In this document: in pieces, positions 1 to 16,487 of the stretch
Layout of the letters: the number at the start of each line of letters is the position of its first letter
Numbering within the stretch: position 1 is the stretch's first letter
Source: the human T2T-CHM13v2.0 reference genome, Homo sapiens
Length of the DNA stretch: 64,000 nt
Direction: 5' to 3' (one strand)
Assembly (NCBI RefSeq): GCF_009914755.1
Contig: NC_060929.1
Program-made: the position numbers and the translations under genes
The notes under the pieces: generated by a model
What the model was told of the DNA's origin: nothing
The model's database searches: none
The model's input: the letters and a program-made list of their open reading frames with translations, nothing else

Positions 1-1460
1 TGATTCCAAAGAGAAATATTGGATTGGCAGTCTGGGGAAATGTGTGCTTTTCTGCTATTTTTTTTTTTCTTTTCAGTTCGTGTGTGTGTGTTTGCTTCAT
101 ATAGCTCAGAGTATGCTATCCAGGTCACAGACTTTTCATGTGTGAATTGAAATGGGATGAGCTTGAGGAAACACACTAATAAGAAAGCTCATTTTTATTT
201 TATTATTTTAAAAATGCCTTCCTGAGAGAAGATTGGATAGTGCAGAGATTAGGTGAGTAGTCTTTTAATTCCTGAGATCTGTACCTCTGACCCAGCTCAC
301 AGAGATAATAAATTTTTTAAAACCGTTTTTGCTCCTGATAAAATTACTGAATTAAGTTTGAAAATAAAGAACCCACAGAGCTCGCTTCTAGTCTAATTGA
401 CAATTGCTGTTTCCCGAACCACTGACTTTGTGCCTATCTTACCCTACCACAGAAAGTGTTCTTTTTGGCTCCCCCAGTAGGTTATACTGTGAAGTCTTTC
501 CATTGCAGTTTGAATTCCCTCATCTTCCAAAATACATCTGATTTCTCTTATTTTCTTTTTCACCAAAATGTATATTCAGGTCTTCAATGATCTGGCCAAG
601 TATTGGTTTCCATTTCTACCTTCCTACTCATTTTACTCAGTTTTGCTATCATCATCTGGATTAGGTATACAAGTTCCATAGCTCCCGATTTCACCAAAGA
701 TGTGGTTCAATATTTTCATTAAGCAAAATTTGGATGTTTTATATTCAGTTATGAGCTGTTCGAGAGCAATATGTATTTCAGCCCTCTTTGCCTTCACTCG
801 TATTTAGGAGAATTTTAAGAACCTAGTTAGTAAATGCTGAATAAATATTTGTTGAAAAAATAAAGATATGAATTAATGCTCTATAAGTAATAACTTGGAG
901 ATAGTTGGTTGGGGGGGGTTGGAGATGTGATTATCTTTCATTAATTTGATTTAAAAGAGAATTATTTAGTCCAGTAGGTAGAGTATGGAGGGTAAGTCAA
1001 TACCCAAAATATCTATGTAGATTTGATTATTTATTTACTCCCAACAGTGTTAACAAAGGATTTGAGGAGTCTTAGATGACGAGATAGATGAGCTTGCTAG
1101 GAGAAACTTGCAAATAGATACAGCATTCAGGCTCAGGCTCAGACGCAGTAACAAAGAGATGTTTGGATAATACTACAACATTCCAAGTACTAAAAGGTAA
1201 ATACTTGCTTGAAGAGATAATTAAAGAGACTGAAAAACATCTAATGAAGAGAGAAAACTAATAATATTTGAAGACATGAAACTTAAAATGTGTCAGTAAC
1301 AAAATGATCAATATTGGTTGAAGGAAATAATAAATTTATCTCTAGCCTTTGTGTTAAATTCTTGAGCTATCTATATCATTTTAGATGTATAAGTAAGATA
1401 TAAATAATTTTGAGTGCTCTTTACATAATCTCTTGTTTGCAAAAATTAACATTATCTGTC

Positions 1461-1760
1461 TATTTATTTATTTATTTTAGAGACAGGGTCTCATTCTGTC
1501 ACCGAGGCTGAAGTACAGTGGTGTAATCACAGCTTACTGCAGCCTTGGAGTCCTGGGCTCAAGTGATCCTCCACCTCAGCCTCCTGAGTAGCTGGGACTA
1601 CAGGTCCATGCCACCATGCTCAGCTAATTTAATATTTTTTTTTAGAGACAGAGAATTGCTGTGGTGCCCAGGCTGCTCTGGAACTCTTGGCCTCAAGCAA
1701 TCCTCCTGCCTCAGCTTCCCAAAGTTTAGGGATTACAGGTGTGAGCCACCTCGCTTGGCC
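1461..1760 (-). mobile_element. Alu SINE (AluJ-like), full dimer
   Basis: (TATT)n tail, then GAGACAGGGTCTCATTCTGTCACC...CTCAAGTGATCCTCC...GGATTACAGGTGTGAGCCACC...GGCC, the reverse complement of Alu with J-type features. Confidence 0.93.
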
Positions 1761-4049
1761 TGCAGATTTAACATTTTGAGTGCCATGGATCTAGATATTC
1801 CTGTAATCTATATTTGAAATAAGTTCATTGCTTTCAGATGGAGTTATGACCTTTTAAAGCAACATTCTGTGTTGAGTGCAATTTACCTAGTATTATCTGA
1901 TCTCAGCATAAAAGTCTTTACTGCAGTAAACTGACATGGGCCACCCAGTCCAGATATCTACCACAAGCTTAAAAGTATTTTCCCTTTTTTAAATAGAGAT
2001 TTTATTAAGAAAAGTAAGGAGTTAGTTTAGCATGACACAACCTATGTTGTGACGAGATCTGTCCACATTTTAATACTCAGCTCTTATGAGCAGATCTCTC
2101 AAAACAACCATGATACAGGCTGTTATGACATCAATCCTGGTGCCTTTCAGAGGAGCCCTGATGTGCCAAGACTCTTTTTCTCTATTTTTATCTGGATTCT
2201 TCCTCTCAGGTTGTCATGTGTTCTGTATATTGTTCTTTTCCTGTGCTATTTCTGGCCACTTACAATTTATGTGAAACTTTGTACTTTTAATCAGGGTTCT
2301 TACTCCCATGCTTGGCTCATGAACTTTATTCAAAGTTCATTTTAACTGTATCTATTTTATCAATTTGATTGCTGATGAAAGTTTATTCCTCCAGTGTGTT
2401 CTGTAGGATGCCTATTGCCATTTATTTGCTATTTCTGGAATAATTTCTGTGTGTATATGTGTGTATATATCCTGAGTACCTTATTGTCCTGAATTGCTAT
2501 GCTATAATGTCGAAGGTAGAAAAGGGAGTTATTTTTTTACTTTTTATCCTAAACAAAAGTCACAAGAAACTCCAGAATGTTTCTTTAATAAAAATACGGA
2601 ATCACTATTAAACAGAAACTCAGTTGTCATGGCATGTTCCATGTTAAGCCTTTAAATACGGTTTGACAAAGGACCTTGCTATTTAATTATTTCATGTCCT
2701 TTGTTGTTTAGGATGTACTGACCCAACAATTTTAATAGGTATCAGTGATCACCTGAATGGCAGCTACCCCAAGCTATAGGCATGGTGACTTGGAAACATT
2801 GATCCTCTCTATAATTCGAATCAACTTTGATTAATGGAAGTGCTGTAATATGATGTAGGAACAGAGGCACAAGATGTTCTGAAAAAGGTGGACTGTATAC
2901 CACATGGACTTAAAAATAGTATACAATTGTAGAGGAGAACAAAGGAAAAGGAGCACAAATGTCAACTTAAGTAAACAGATGGCAGGGAAAGGATAGTGGT
3001 AGGAAAAATATGCAAAAGGAAGGGAAACTAAGTATTAATTAACCCATTGGATAAAATATTCTTTAACTCTGGGAGAGATAAAATGCTTATGACAGGACTG
3101 TCTTCATAAATACCAAGAATATTGCTGCTTAGGAAGAAGACTCTTGCTCTGTGTTCTTTGTTTTCTGAGACAAGACAACCCTGAATATGTTTTAAGTGAA
3201 TAAATTAAATTGTTAAGATATGCTTCTGGATTTTCAATTATCTTAGGAGACACTAGTAATCCGGGAAGAGTATTTCTTTACCACCTGTAGTTAATATAAT
3301 GAGATCTCATATCTTTCCATGTTGCCTGCAAAAGGGCAGCTTCCTGTTTGACAACCTAACTTGGTTTTGCTGAGAGAAAATCATACAGGTATGTACGTGT
3401 ATTTATCTATCTCTATCTCTGTATCTATCTTTTTCACAGAGAAAAAGGTTTCTTAGGTAGTCCTGAGTGTTTTCATAGCTGTTTTTTGTTTTTGAACAAT
3501 ACACCTATAATTACACACCTTTTAATATAAAAGGTCATGACACCTTCACCACCACCATTTAAAATAAAATATTTTGGTGTGGATGATGAAGTCTATAAAC
3601 TATTAGCTTTAAATGTTTTAAATTTATTCTATTCAATATTTTCTATGTTTATGCCTGAATACAGCCACAGGCATTGATAACATTCTAAAAGTTACTTGAA
3701 ATTTGTTGGGATAATATGAGAAACAAAGGATTTGAGTGGAGTGGACATATCTGTCTTGCACTGCGATTTGTGCAGCTCTCTGCTTTCAGTCTGAACTGAT
3801 TTGATCTGAACTTGTTCAAGCAACAGCACTCTTGGAGAGTTAGGCTTTGTTGGCAATCATGTGACTCAGGGCTGTGAAGGTCCTCAGCTGTTTTCCTAGA
3901 GTGTTATGTGCTAACTATACACTTTTAAAAAATGGAGCTGCTATTGTATAGAAGACTCAGAGGGGTAACTTTTGACACTTGTAACACAAGTCCAAACTAT
4001 GATTTCTACACTTTGTGTCATTTCAGTTTATCTAAGCTCTAATCAAAAC

Positions 4050-4935
4050 AGCACCCAGTGTTCCTTGCCCAAAGGCAAATCATCTTCTTGACAGTCCCAT
4101 TTCCATTTACCTGTTATCATCCTTCTGTCTGCTAACCTTATAATTATGTTTGATACTTCCTCCTCCCTCACCCTGAAAATCCATCAGTTGCCAACTTTTG
4201 TAGTTTCTCTCTCTTTCGTGTCTGTTCTACCCACTTTGTCTGTTTTCTGTGCTCAAGAGGAGAACCTTATTATGTTTTGGCCTGGCCTACTCTGGCCCAT
4301 TTAACTTATCCTTCTAACAATAGCCAAATAAAATTTCCTAAAATCCAGTTCATGCTTTATTACTTCGCAATTCAAAGAACTCAAAGGTTTCCCTTAAGTC
4401 TCAGCAATATAATCCCAACCTTACTTTATTATAGTATTACTAGTTTTCTACACATTCTACTTCATCTTTACTATAGTATTACTAGTTTTCTGTGCTTCAA
4501 GCCATTTACAAGTCTGATTATCAAAATGTGGTCAGAATCCTGTATTTCAAATCTTGTTTCCCTTGCAGGTAAAATGGTATTGCTCCCTCAAAGTAGCTCT
4601 CCTTCCCATCGTGATCTTAACCACAAACAAATTTCTCAACCTATTATGTATAGCCTAAAATGCCATATACCTAGAGTGCCTTTTCGTGCCACCCATGGTC
4701 AAGCTCCAGCCCTGATCTGGGACCTTTTAATCCTCAGTTCATTTAATTATATTTCTCTTTGGCACTTTCCTCATTCTTTCCTTACTATATTATATTTTAT
4801 TCTAAATTTGCTTACCCCCAGGCTCTGTTTCTTCTCTGGGCAGAAAGCAAATTCCTCACAGAAATCCTTTAATATCATGCAGTCATTTGACATGCAGTAG
4901 GATTTTAAATACATTTTTGTTCTATTCAATAACTG
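4050..4935 (+). mobile_element. Degraded L2 LINE 3' region (boundaries approximate)
   Basis: Pyrimidine-rich L2-like text ending in GACATGCAGTAGG...AAATACATTTTTG, typical of an L2 3' end. Confidence 0.45.
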
Positions 4936-5602
4936 ATGCTTCTATAAACTTATATTTTATTCTTGCCAGAAATGTTTATGGGACAGGGTATGTCCCATAA
5001 TTTTCTTTTGCTATAAATTATCAGTTTCTTGTCACTCTTATTCATAGAAAAAGATAAATCACTTAAATTCAGAACCTATTATTTCCCATTGATTTAATTT
5101 AGCTTATACAGAAATTCTATCAGTGCTACAAAATAGCAAACTCTCATATCTGTACTTGTAAAATTACTTTTAAATAACTTTAAATGAAAAAATCAATGAA
5201 AATAATATAGTATTTCCACAAAAGGGAAATGGTGATAATCGCTCATTTCAAAGAGGAAAACATTTAGGAATCTCATTTTCTCATGGTATTTATGGTAGAA
5301 ATAAGCTGAATGTAAATCATAAAATTTTGGTCAGATACTTTTTTTTTGAAATACTATAATATTACAGTTTTCTTTACATTTTGGGGGGTAAAATTAACCT
5401 GTTATTTTAATGTATAATACTTATAACACCTTGAGGTTTAAATTTTAGAAATTAAAAAACTGGGACCCAGAAATATTAAATGAGCAGTCCAAATTACAGA
5501 AATAAAAATACTAGAAGTAGGACTTAAAATCCTGATCTCCTATTTAAACAATGTATGCTTATTCGATGTCACTCTGAGACTTTTCGTGAAAACCAAATTC
5601 TC

Positions 5603-6641
5603 GGGTGGAGCCAAGATGGCTGAATAGGAACAGCTCCCCTCTACAGCTCCCAGTGTGAGCGACGCAGAAGCCGGGTGATTTCTGCATCTCCATCTGAGGT
5701 ACCGGGTTCATCTCACTAGGGAGTGCCAGACAGTGGGCGCAGGACAGTGGGTGCGTACACCGTGCGCGAACCAAAGCAGGGCAAGGCATTGCCTCACTCA
5801 GGAAGTGCAAGGGGTCAGGGAGTTCCCTTTCCTAGTCAAAGAAAGGGGTGACGGATGGCACCTGGAAAACTGGGTCACTCCCACCCTAATACTGCGCCTT
5901 TCCAACTGGCTTAAAAAATGGCACACCAGGAGATTATATCCTGCACCTGCCTCAGAGGGTCCTACGCCCACGGAGTCTCGCTGATTGCTAGCACAGCAGT
6001 CTGAGATCAAACTGCAAGGTGGCAGTGAGGCTGGGGGAGGGGTGTCTGCCATTGCCCAGGCTTGATTAGGTTAACAAAGCAGCCCTGAAACTCAAACTGG
6101 GTGGAGCACACCACAGCTCAAGGACGCCTGCCTGCCTCTAGGCTCCACCTCTGGGGGCAGGGCACAGACAAACAAAGGGCAGCAGTAACCTTTGCAGACT
6201 TAAATGTCCCTGTCTGACAGCTTTGAAGAGAGTAGTGGTTCTCCCAGCACGCAGCTGGAGATCTGAGAACAGGCAGACTGCCTCCTCAAGTGGGTCCCTG
6301 ACCCCCCAGCAGCCTAACTGGGAGGCACCCCCCAGTAGGGGCAGACTGACACCTCACGAGGCCAGGTACTCCTCTGAGACAAAACTTCCAGAGGAACGAT
6401 CAGGCAACAGCATTTGCGGATCACCAATATCCGCTGTTCTATAGCCACTGCTGTTCTGCAGCGACCACTGCTGATACCCAGGCAAAAAGGGTCTGGAGTG
6501 GACCTCTAGCAAACTCCAACAGACATGCAGCTGAAGGTCTTTTCTGTTAGAAGGAAAACTAACAAACAGAAAGGACAACCACGCCAAAAACCCATCTGTA
6601 CGTCACCATCATCAAAGACCAAAACAGATAAAAACAAAAAG
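5603..6641 (+). promoter_or_regulatory. L1 5' UTR internal sense/antisense promoter, with YY1 motif and the older-type extra segment (~6372-6516)
   Basis: CAAGATGGC at the 5' end. The segment CTCTGAGACAAAACTTCCAGAGG...GACCTCTAGCAAAC is absent from L1Hs/L1PA2 as I recall them. Confidence 0.85.
5798..6052 (-). CDS. ORF0: LINE-1 antisense ORF0 homologue (84 aa, open)
   Basis: MADTPPPASLPPCSLISDCCASNQRDSVGVGPSE... matches primate L1 ORF0 (MAGAPPPASLPPCSLISDCCASNQRDSVGVGPSE...). ATG start, no internal stop. Expression not shown. Confidence 0.7.
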   Translation of the reverse strand: MADTPPPASLPPCSLISDCCASNQRDSVGVGPSEAGAGYNLLVCHFLSQLERRSIRVGVTQFSRCHPSPLSLTRKGNSLTPCTS

Positions 6642-7664
6642 ATGGGGAAAAAACAGAGCAGAAAAACTGGAAACTCTAAAAAGCAGAGTGCCTCTCCTCC
6701 TCCAAAGGAATGCAGCTCCCCACCAGCAAAAGAACAAAGCTGGAAGGAGAATGACTTTGATGAGTTGAGAGAAGAAGGCTTCAGATGACCAAAATACTCC
6801 AAGCTAGAGGAGGAAATTCAAACCAATGGCAAAGAAGTTACAAACTTTGAAAAAAAATTAGACAAATGGATACCTAGAATAACCAATGCAGAGAAGTCCT
6901 TAAAGGAGCTGATGGAGCTGAAAGCCAAGGCTTGAGAACTACGTGAAGAATGCAGAAGCCTCAGGAGCCGACGCAATCAACTGGAGAAAGGGTATCAGTG
7001 ATGGAAGATGAAACGAATGAAATGAAGCGAGAAGGGAAGTTTAGAGAAAAAAGAATAAAAAGAAACGAACAAAGCCTCCAAGAAATATGGGACTACATGA
7101 AAAGACCAAATCGACATCTGATGGGTATACCTGAAAGTGACGGAGAGAACGGAACCAAGTTGGAAAACACTCTGCAGGATAATAGGATAATATCCAGGAG
7201 AACTTCCCCAATCTAGCAAGGCAGGCCAACATTCAAATTCAGGAAATACAGAGAACCCCACAAAAATACTCCTCCAGAAGAGCAACTCCAAGACACATAA
7301 TTGTCAGATTCACCAAAGTTGAAATGAAGGAAAAAATGTTAAGGGCAGCCAGAGAGAAAGGTCGGGTTACCCACAAAGGGAAGCCCATCAGACTAACAGC
7401 TGAACTCTCGGCAGAAACTCTACAAGCCAGAAGAGAGTGGGACCAATATTCAACATTCTTAAAGAAAAGAATTTTCAACCCAGAATTTCATATCCAGCCA
7501 AACTAAGCTTCATAAGTGAAGGAGAAATAAAATACTTTACAGACAAGCAAATGCTGAGAGATTTTGTCACCACCAGGCCTGCCCTAAAAGAGCTCCTGAA
7601 GGAAGCACTAAACATGGAAAGGAACAATCGGTACCAGCCAGTGCAAAAACATGCCAAAAGGTAA
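6642..7664 (+). pseudogene. ORF1: L1 ORF1p (RNA-binding chaperone), disrupted
   Basis: MGKKQSRKTGNSKKQSASPPPKE start, premature TGA at 6786-6788, frameshifts (including an 8-bp GGATAATA duplication near 7177-7192), C-terminus ...ALNMERNNRYQPVQKHAK. Confidence 0.95.
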
Positions 7665-7727
7665 AGACCGTCAAGGCTAGGAAGAAACTACATCAACTAA
7701 CGAGCAAAATAACCAGCTAACATCATA

Positions 7728-11850
<4,123 letters not shown>

Positions 11851-12193
11851 ACAATGAGAACACATGGACACAGGCAGGGGAACATCACACTCCAGGGACA
11901 GTTGCGGGATTGGGGGAGGGGGAAGGGATAGCATTAGGAGATATACCTAATGTTAAATGACAAGTTAATGGGTGCAGCACACCAACATGGCACTTATATA
12001 CATATGTAACAAACGTGCACATTGTGCACATGTACCCTAAACTTAAAGTATAATAATAATAAAATTTAAAAAAAAAGGAAAACTAAATTATCAAGAAGTA
12101 ATAGGAATTATTGACCTAAACCCTCTCAATTTTCTATTGGAAAGTACTTTTGTTTCAGATAAATCTAGCTGTCTAATATTTATTGTCGAATAA

Positions 12194-12633
12194 TGTATTA
12201 GTTAGGGTTCTCTAGAGGGACAGACCTGATAGGAGATATGTATAGCAAAGTTTATTAAATATTAACTCACATGATCACAACATCCCATGATAGGCTGTCT
12301 GCAAGCTGAGGGCCAAAGAGAGCCAGTCTTAATCCAAAAACTGAAGAACTTAGACTCTGATGTTCGGGGGCAGGAAGCATCCAGCACAGGAGAAAGATGT
12401 GGGCTGGGAGGCTAGGCCAGTCTAATTTCTTCACATTTTTCTGCCTGCTTTATATTCTAGCTACGCTAGCAGCTTATTAGATGGTGCCCACTCAGACTAA
12501 GAGTGGGTCTGCCTTTCCCAGCCCACTGATTCAAATGTTAATCTCCTTTGGCAACACCCTCACAGACACACCCAAGATCAATACTTTGCATCCTTCAATC
12601 CAATCAAGTTGACACTCAGTATTAACCATCACA
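12194..12633 (-). repeat. 3' LTR, MLT2A1/A2
   Basis: TGTATTAGTTAGGGTTCTCTAGAGGGACAG...GTATTAACCATCACA. AATAAA on the - strand at 12251-12256. Purine-rich PPT-like tract immediately internal. Confidence 0.93.
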
Positions 12634-12969
12634 AGTCCACCCTTTGTCAACTTGAATCCATACACATCTCCTGAGATCATACATAATCTTTAAATAAAGA
12701 AAATTATAAGGTCATAATTACGCTTAACATAATACAACTATCCTTCGTACAAACGGAAACACACCAATTCCCAACCCAAATATGATTACATAAAGTTAAA
12801 TGCTGATGTGAAGTCAATAAATCTTAGGTTACCTGATAAAGGAAAAAGGAAATAAAATGAACTTATTTTCTTAGTTCAAGTGTATACATGCACAAACATA
12901 TTTCTAACAAAAGAGGGAGGAAATACTCATGACAATTACAGTCCTTGTTTCTGCAGCAGGTCATGTGGT

Positions 12970-13470
12970 CATAGCTGGTATTGATGACTACCTTCTTCTA
13001 CTACCCATTCTGTATTCCCTTTGCCTTCAGCAAGCACCTCAGCAGGTTGTGGTATTTTTCCTGGTGGAGAGACCGAAATCTTCATTGCTGAAGGGTCTGG
13101 GCAATTTGTAGTCCTGCCTGGGTTGGGTTGTTGTAGTTTCCCATTGATCTTAATCACAGGGCATGGTAATACTAAGAGACACCCAGATGGATCTCTGTAT
13201 TCCATGTATAATCTTCCTTACCTCTGTTGTGGAGTAGTAGACTGATTTCATCTTGATAGTCCTATTCAATCCCCCTAGCCAACACTGTATCTCCCTTCTT
13301 AGCCTGTTGACTTAAAGGTATGAGGAGCCCAAAGTGTCCAGGTGGCAATCTTAACTTCTAGTTTAATGGTAACGTGTTTACTGGTGGCAGCATTCCTCCC
13401 TCTGGAACTAAGACCTCTAGGCCAGCAGAACATAATTTCACAGGGACAGGAAGCAAAAAATTTGCTAATG
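12970..13470 (-). pseudogene. HERV-L dUTPase-like region, decayed (boundaries approximate)
   Basis: LPVPVKLCSAGLEVLVPEGGMLPP and the following fragments lie downstream of integrase, where ERV-L encodes dUTPase. Confidence 0.65.
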
Positions 13471-16434
13471 CACCACTAGGGGTGATGGTGAGTGCTGCCA
13501 CTTCTACTTCCACCCCTTGATTCCTGGACCTGTGAACCCTGGCTATCGGAAAAACAGTACCATATATTCGATGCTGATTTAGTGCATATACGATCTTCTG
13601 GAGAAGTTTGCCCCAGTCCTGCAAAGTATTGTCACCTAGTTGGCATTGTAACTGTGACTTCAAAAGGCCATTCTAGTGTTCTACCATTCCAGCTGCTTCA
13701 GTATGATGGGGAACATGGTAAGGCCAGTGAATTCCAAGAGCATGAGCCCACTGCTGCACTTTTTTAGCTGTAAAGTCAGTGCCTTGGTCAGAGGCAATGC
13801 TGTGTGGTATACCATGATGGTGGATGAGGCATACTGTGAGTCCACAAATGGTAGTCTTGGCAGAAGCATTACGTGTAGGATAGGCAAACTCATATCTGGA
13901 GTAAGTGTCTATTCCAGTGAGGAGAAACCTCTGCCCTTTCCATGATGGAAAAGGTCCAATATAATCTACCTGCCACTAGGTAGCTGCCTGATCACCCCAA
14001 AGAATGGTGCCATATCAAGGGTTCAATGTTCGTTTCTGCTGCTGGCAAATTGGGCACTCAGCAGTGGCCATAGCCAGGTCAGCCTTGGTGAGTGGAAATC
14101 CATGTTGCTGAGCCCACGAGTAACCTCCATCCCTGCCACCATGGCCACTTTGTTCATGGGCCCATTGGGCGATGACGGGGTGGCTGGGGAAACAGGCTGA
14201 GTCGTGTCCACAGAACGAGTCATCCTCTCCACTTCATTATTAAAATCCTCTTCTGAGGTCACCCACTGGTAAGCACTCACATGGGATACAAGTATCTTTA
14301 CAGTTTTTGACCAGTCAAAGAGGTCCATCCACATACCTCTTCCCCACATTTCTTTGTCACCAATTTTCCAATCATGCTTCTTCCAAGTCCTTGACTTCCC
14401 AGCCAAACCATTGGCTACAGCAAATGAATCAGTATATAATTGTAAATCTGACCATTTTTCCTTCCATGCAACGTGCACGACCAGGTGCATTGATTGAATT
14501 TCTGCCTACTGGGGAGATTTTCCTTCACAGCTGTCCTTCAGGGGTGTCCTAGAAAAGGGCTGTAGTACTGCAGCTGTCCACTTTCGGGTGGTGCCTGCAT
14601 ATCGTGCAGAACCCTCTGTGAACCAGGGCCTAGTCTTCTCTTCCTCTGTCAACTTATCATAGGGAATTCCCCATGAGGCCATCAGTGCAGGCTGGGGTGG
14701 CAGGGGTGGAGTCACTTCCATTTGAGCCACTTCCTCATGTAACTTACATGGGCATTTGAGCCACCTCCTCATGTAATTTACTTGTGCTTTCAGCACCTGC
14801 TTGAGCCCAGTCACATATATACCACTTCCATGTGATCATGGAATGTTGCTGTGCACACCTCACTTTATGGCTAGATGGATCAGAAAGCACCCGGTTCATG
14901 ATAGGCAGTTCAGGTCACATGGTGACTTGATGACCCATAGTTAAACGTTCAGTTTCCACCAAACCCCAGTAACAGGCCAAGAGCTGTCTCTCAAAGGGAA
15001 AGTAGTTATCCACAGAAGATGGCAGGGCCTTGCTCCAAAATTCTTGAGGCCTCTGCTGTGATTCACTGATGAGGGCCTACCAAAGGCTCCAAACAGCATC
15101 CCTATCTGCCACTGACACCTCAAGCACCATTGGATCTGTTGCAGAGCAGCTTGCACAGCAGCCTGGACCTGTTGCAGAGCCTTCTGTTCTGGACCCTACT
15201 CAAAACTGCCAGCCTTTTGAGTCATTCAATAAATGAGCCAGAGTAACACACCCAAATGGGGAATGTGTTGCCTCCAAAATCCAAATAGGCCCACTAGGCA
15301 TTGTGCTTCTTTCTTGGTTGTAGGAGGGGCCAAATGCAGCAACTTATCCTGCACCTTAGAAGGAATGTCTCAGCAGGCCCCACACCACTGGACCCCTAGA
15401 AATTTTACTGAAGCAGAACATCCCTGAATTTTAGTCGGATTTATTTCCCATCCTCGGATTTATTTCCCATCCTCTGGCACGCAAATGTCTCACCAATAAG
15501 TCCAGCATATTTGCTACTTTTTGTTCACTGAATCCAATTAGCATAATGTCATCAATGTAATGGACCAGTGTGATATCTTGCAGAAACAAAAAGCAATCAA
15601 GTTCTCTCCAAATAAGATTATGACACAAAGTCAGAGAGTTCATATACCCTTGAGGTAGGACAGTAAAGATAATTGCTGGCTTTGCCAGCTGAAGGCAAAT
15701 TGCTTCTGGTGAGCCTTATGAACAGGAATGGAGAAAAAGGCATTTGCCAAGTCAAGGACTGCATACCAGGTACGAGGAGATGTGTTAATTTTCTCAAGCA
15801 ATGAAACCACATCTGGTACAGCAGCTGCAACTGAAGTCACCACTTGGTTAAGCTTATGACAATCTGCTGCCATTCTTCAAGGCCAAATCTTCTGCACAGG
15901 CCAAATGGGAGAGTTGAATGGGGATGTGGTGGGAACCACCACCCCTGTGACTTTCAAGTCCTTGATGGTGGTAGTAATCCCTGCAGTCCCTCCAGGGATG
16001 AGACATTATTTTTCATTTACTATTTTTCTAGATAGAGGCAGCTCTAATGGCTTCCATTTGGCCTTTCCCATCATAATAGCCCTCACCTAACCAGTCAGGG
16101 AGCCAGTGTGGGAGTTCTGCCAGCTGGTAAGTATGTCTATGCCAATTATGCATTCTAGCACTGGGGAAACGACCACAGGATGAGCCTGGGGACCTACTGG
16201 ACCCACTGTAAGTCAAACCTGAGCTAAAATTTCATTAACTTCCTGACCTTCATAAGTTCCGACTTTAACTGGAGGACCACAGTGACATTTTGGGTCCCCT
16301 GGAATCAACATCAGCTCAGAGCCACTGTCCAGTAATCCCCCAAATATCTGATCATTTCCCTTTCCCCAGTGCAAAGTACCAGGTAAAAGGCCAGAGGTCT
16401 CCTTGGGGAAAGATGGGAAAAAGATTAACAGCAT
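13471..16434 (-). pseudogene. pol: HERV-L pol (protease, RT, RNase H, integrase), decayed
   Basis: LLDSGSEL (protease); [13 protein letters not shown] and VHYIDDIML (RT); WFTEGSA and LYTDSFAVANG (RNase H); IVYALNQHRIYG (integrase). Many frameshifts. Confidence 0.9.
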
Positions 16435-16487
16435 AAATTGTCGGTAGCGCAGTGGGGGTCATTCCCCAAGGGGAAAAGGCCTCCCCT

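Noticed and set aside
1545-1817. Alu-derived ORFs (also 23523-23744, 25688-25948, 59117-59416, 60527-60715)
   Set aside because: Typical translations of Alu sequence, not genes.
4277-4900. 207-aa ORF, the longest non-L1 ORF
   Set aside because: Starts at TTG, has low-complexity L/S/F/I composition, overlaps L2-like sequence and a local duplication, and shows no recognisable domain.
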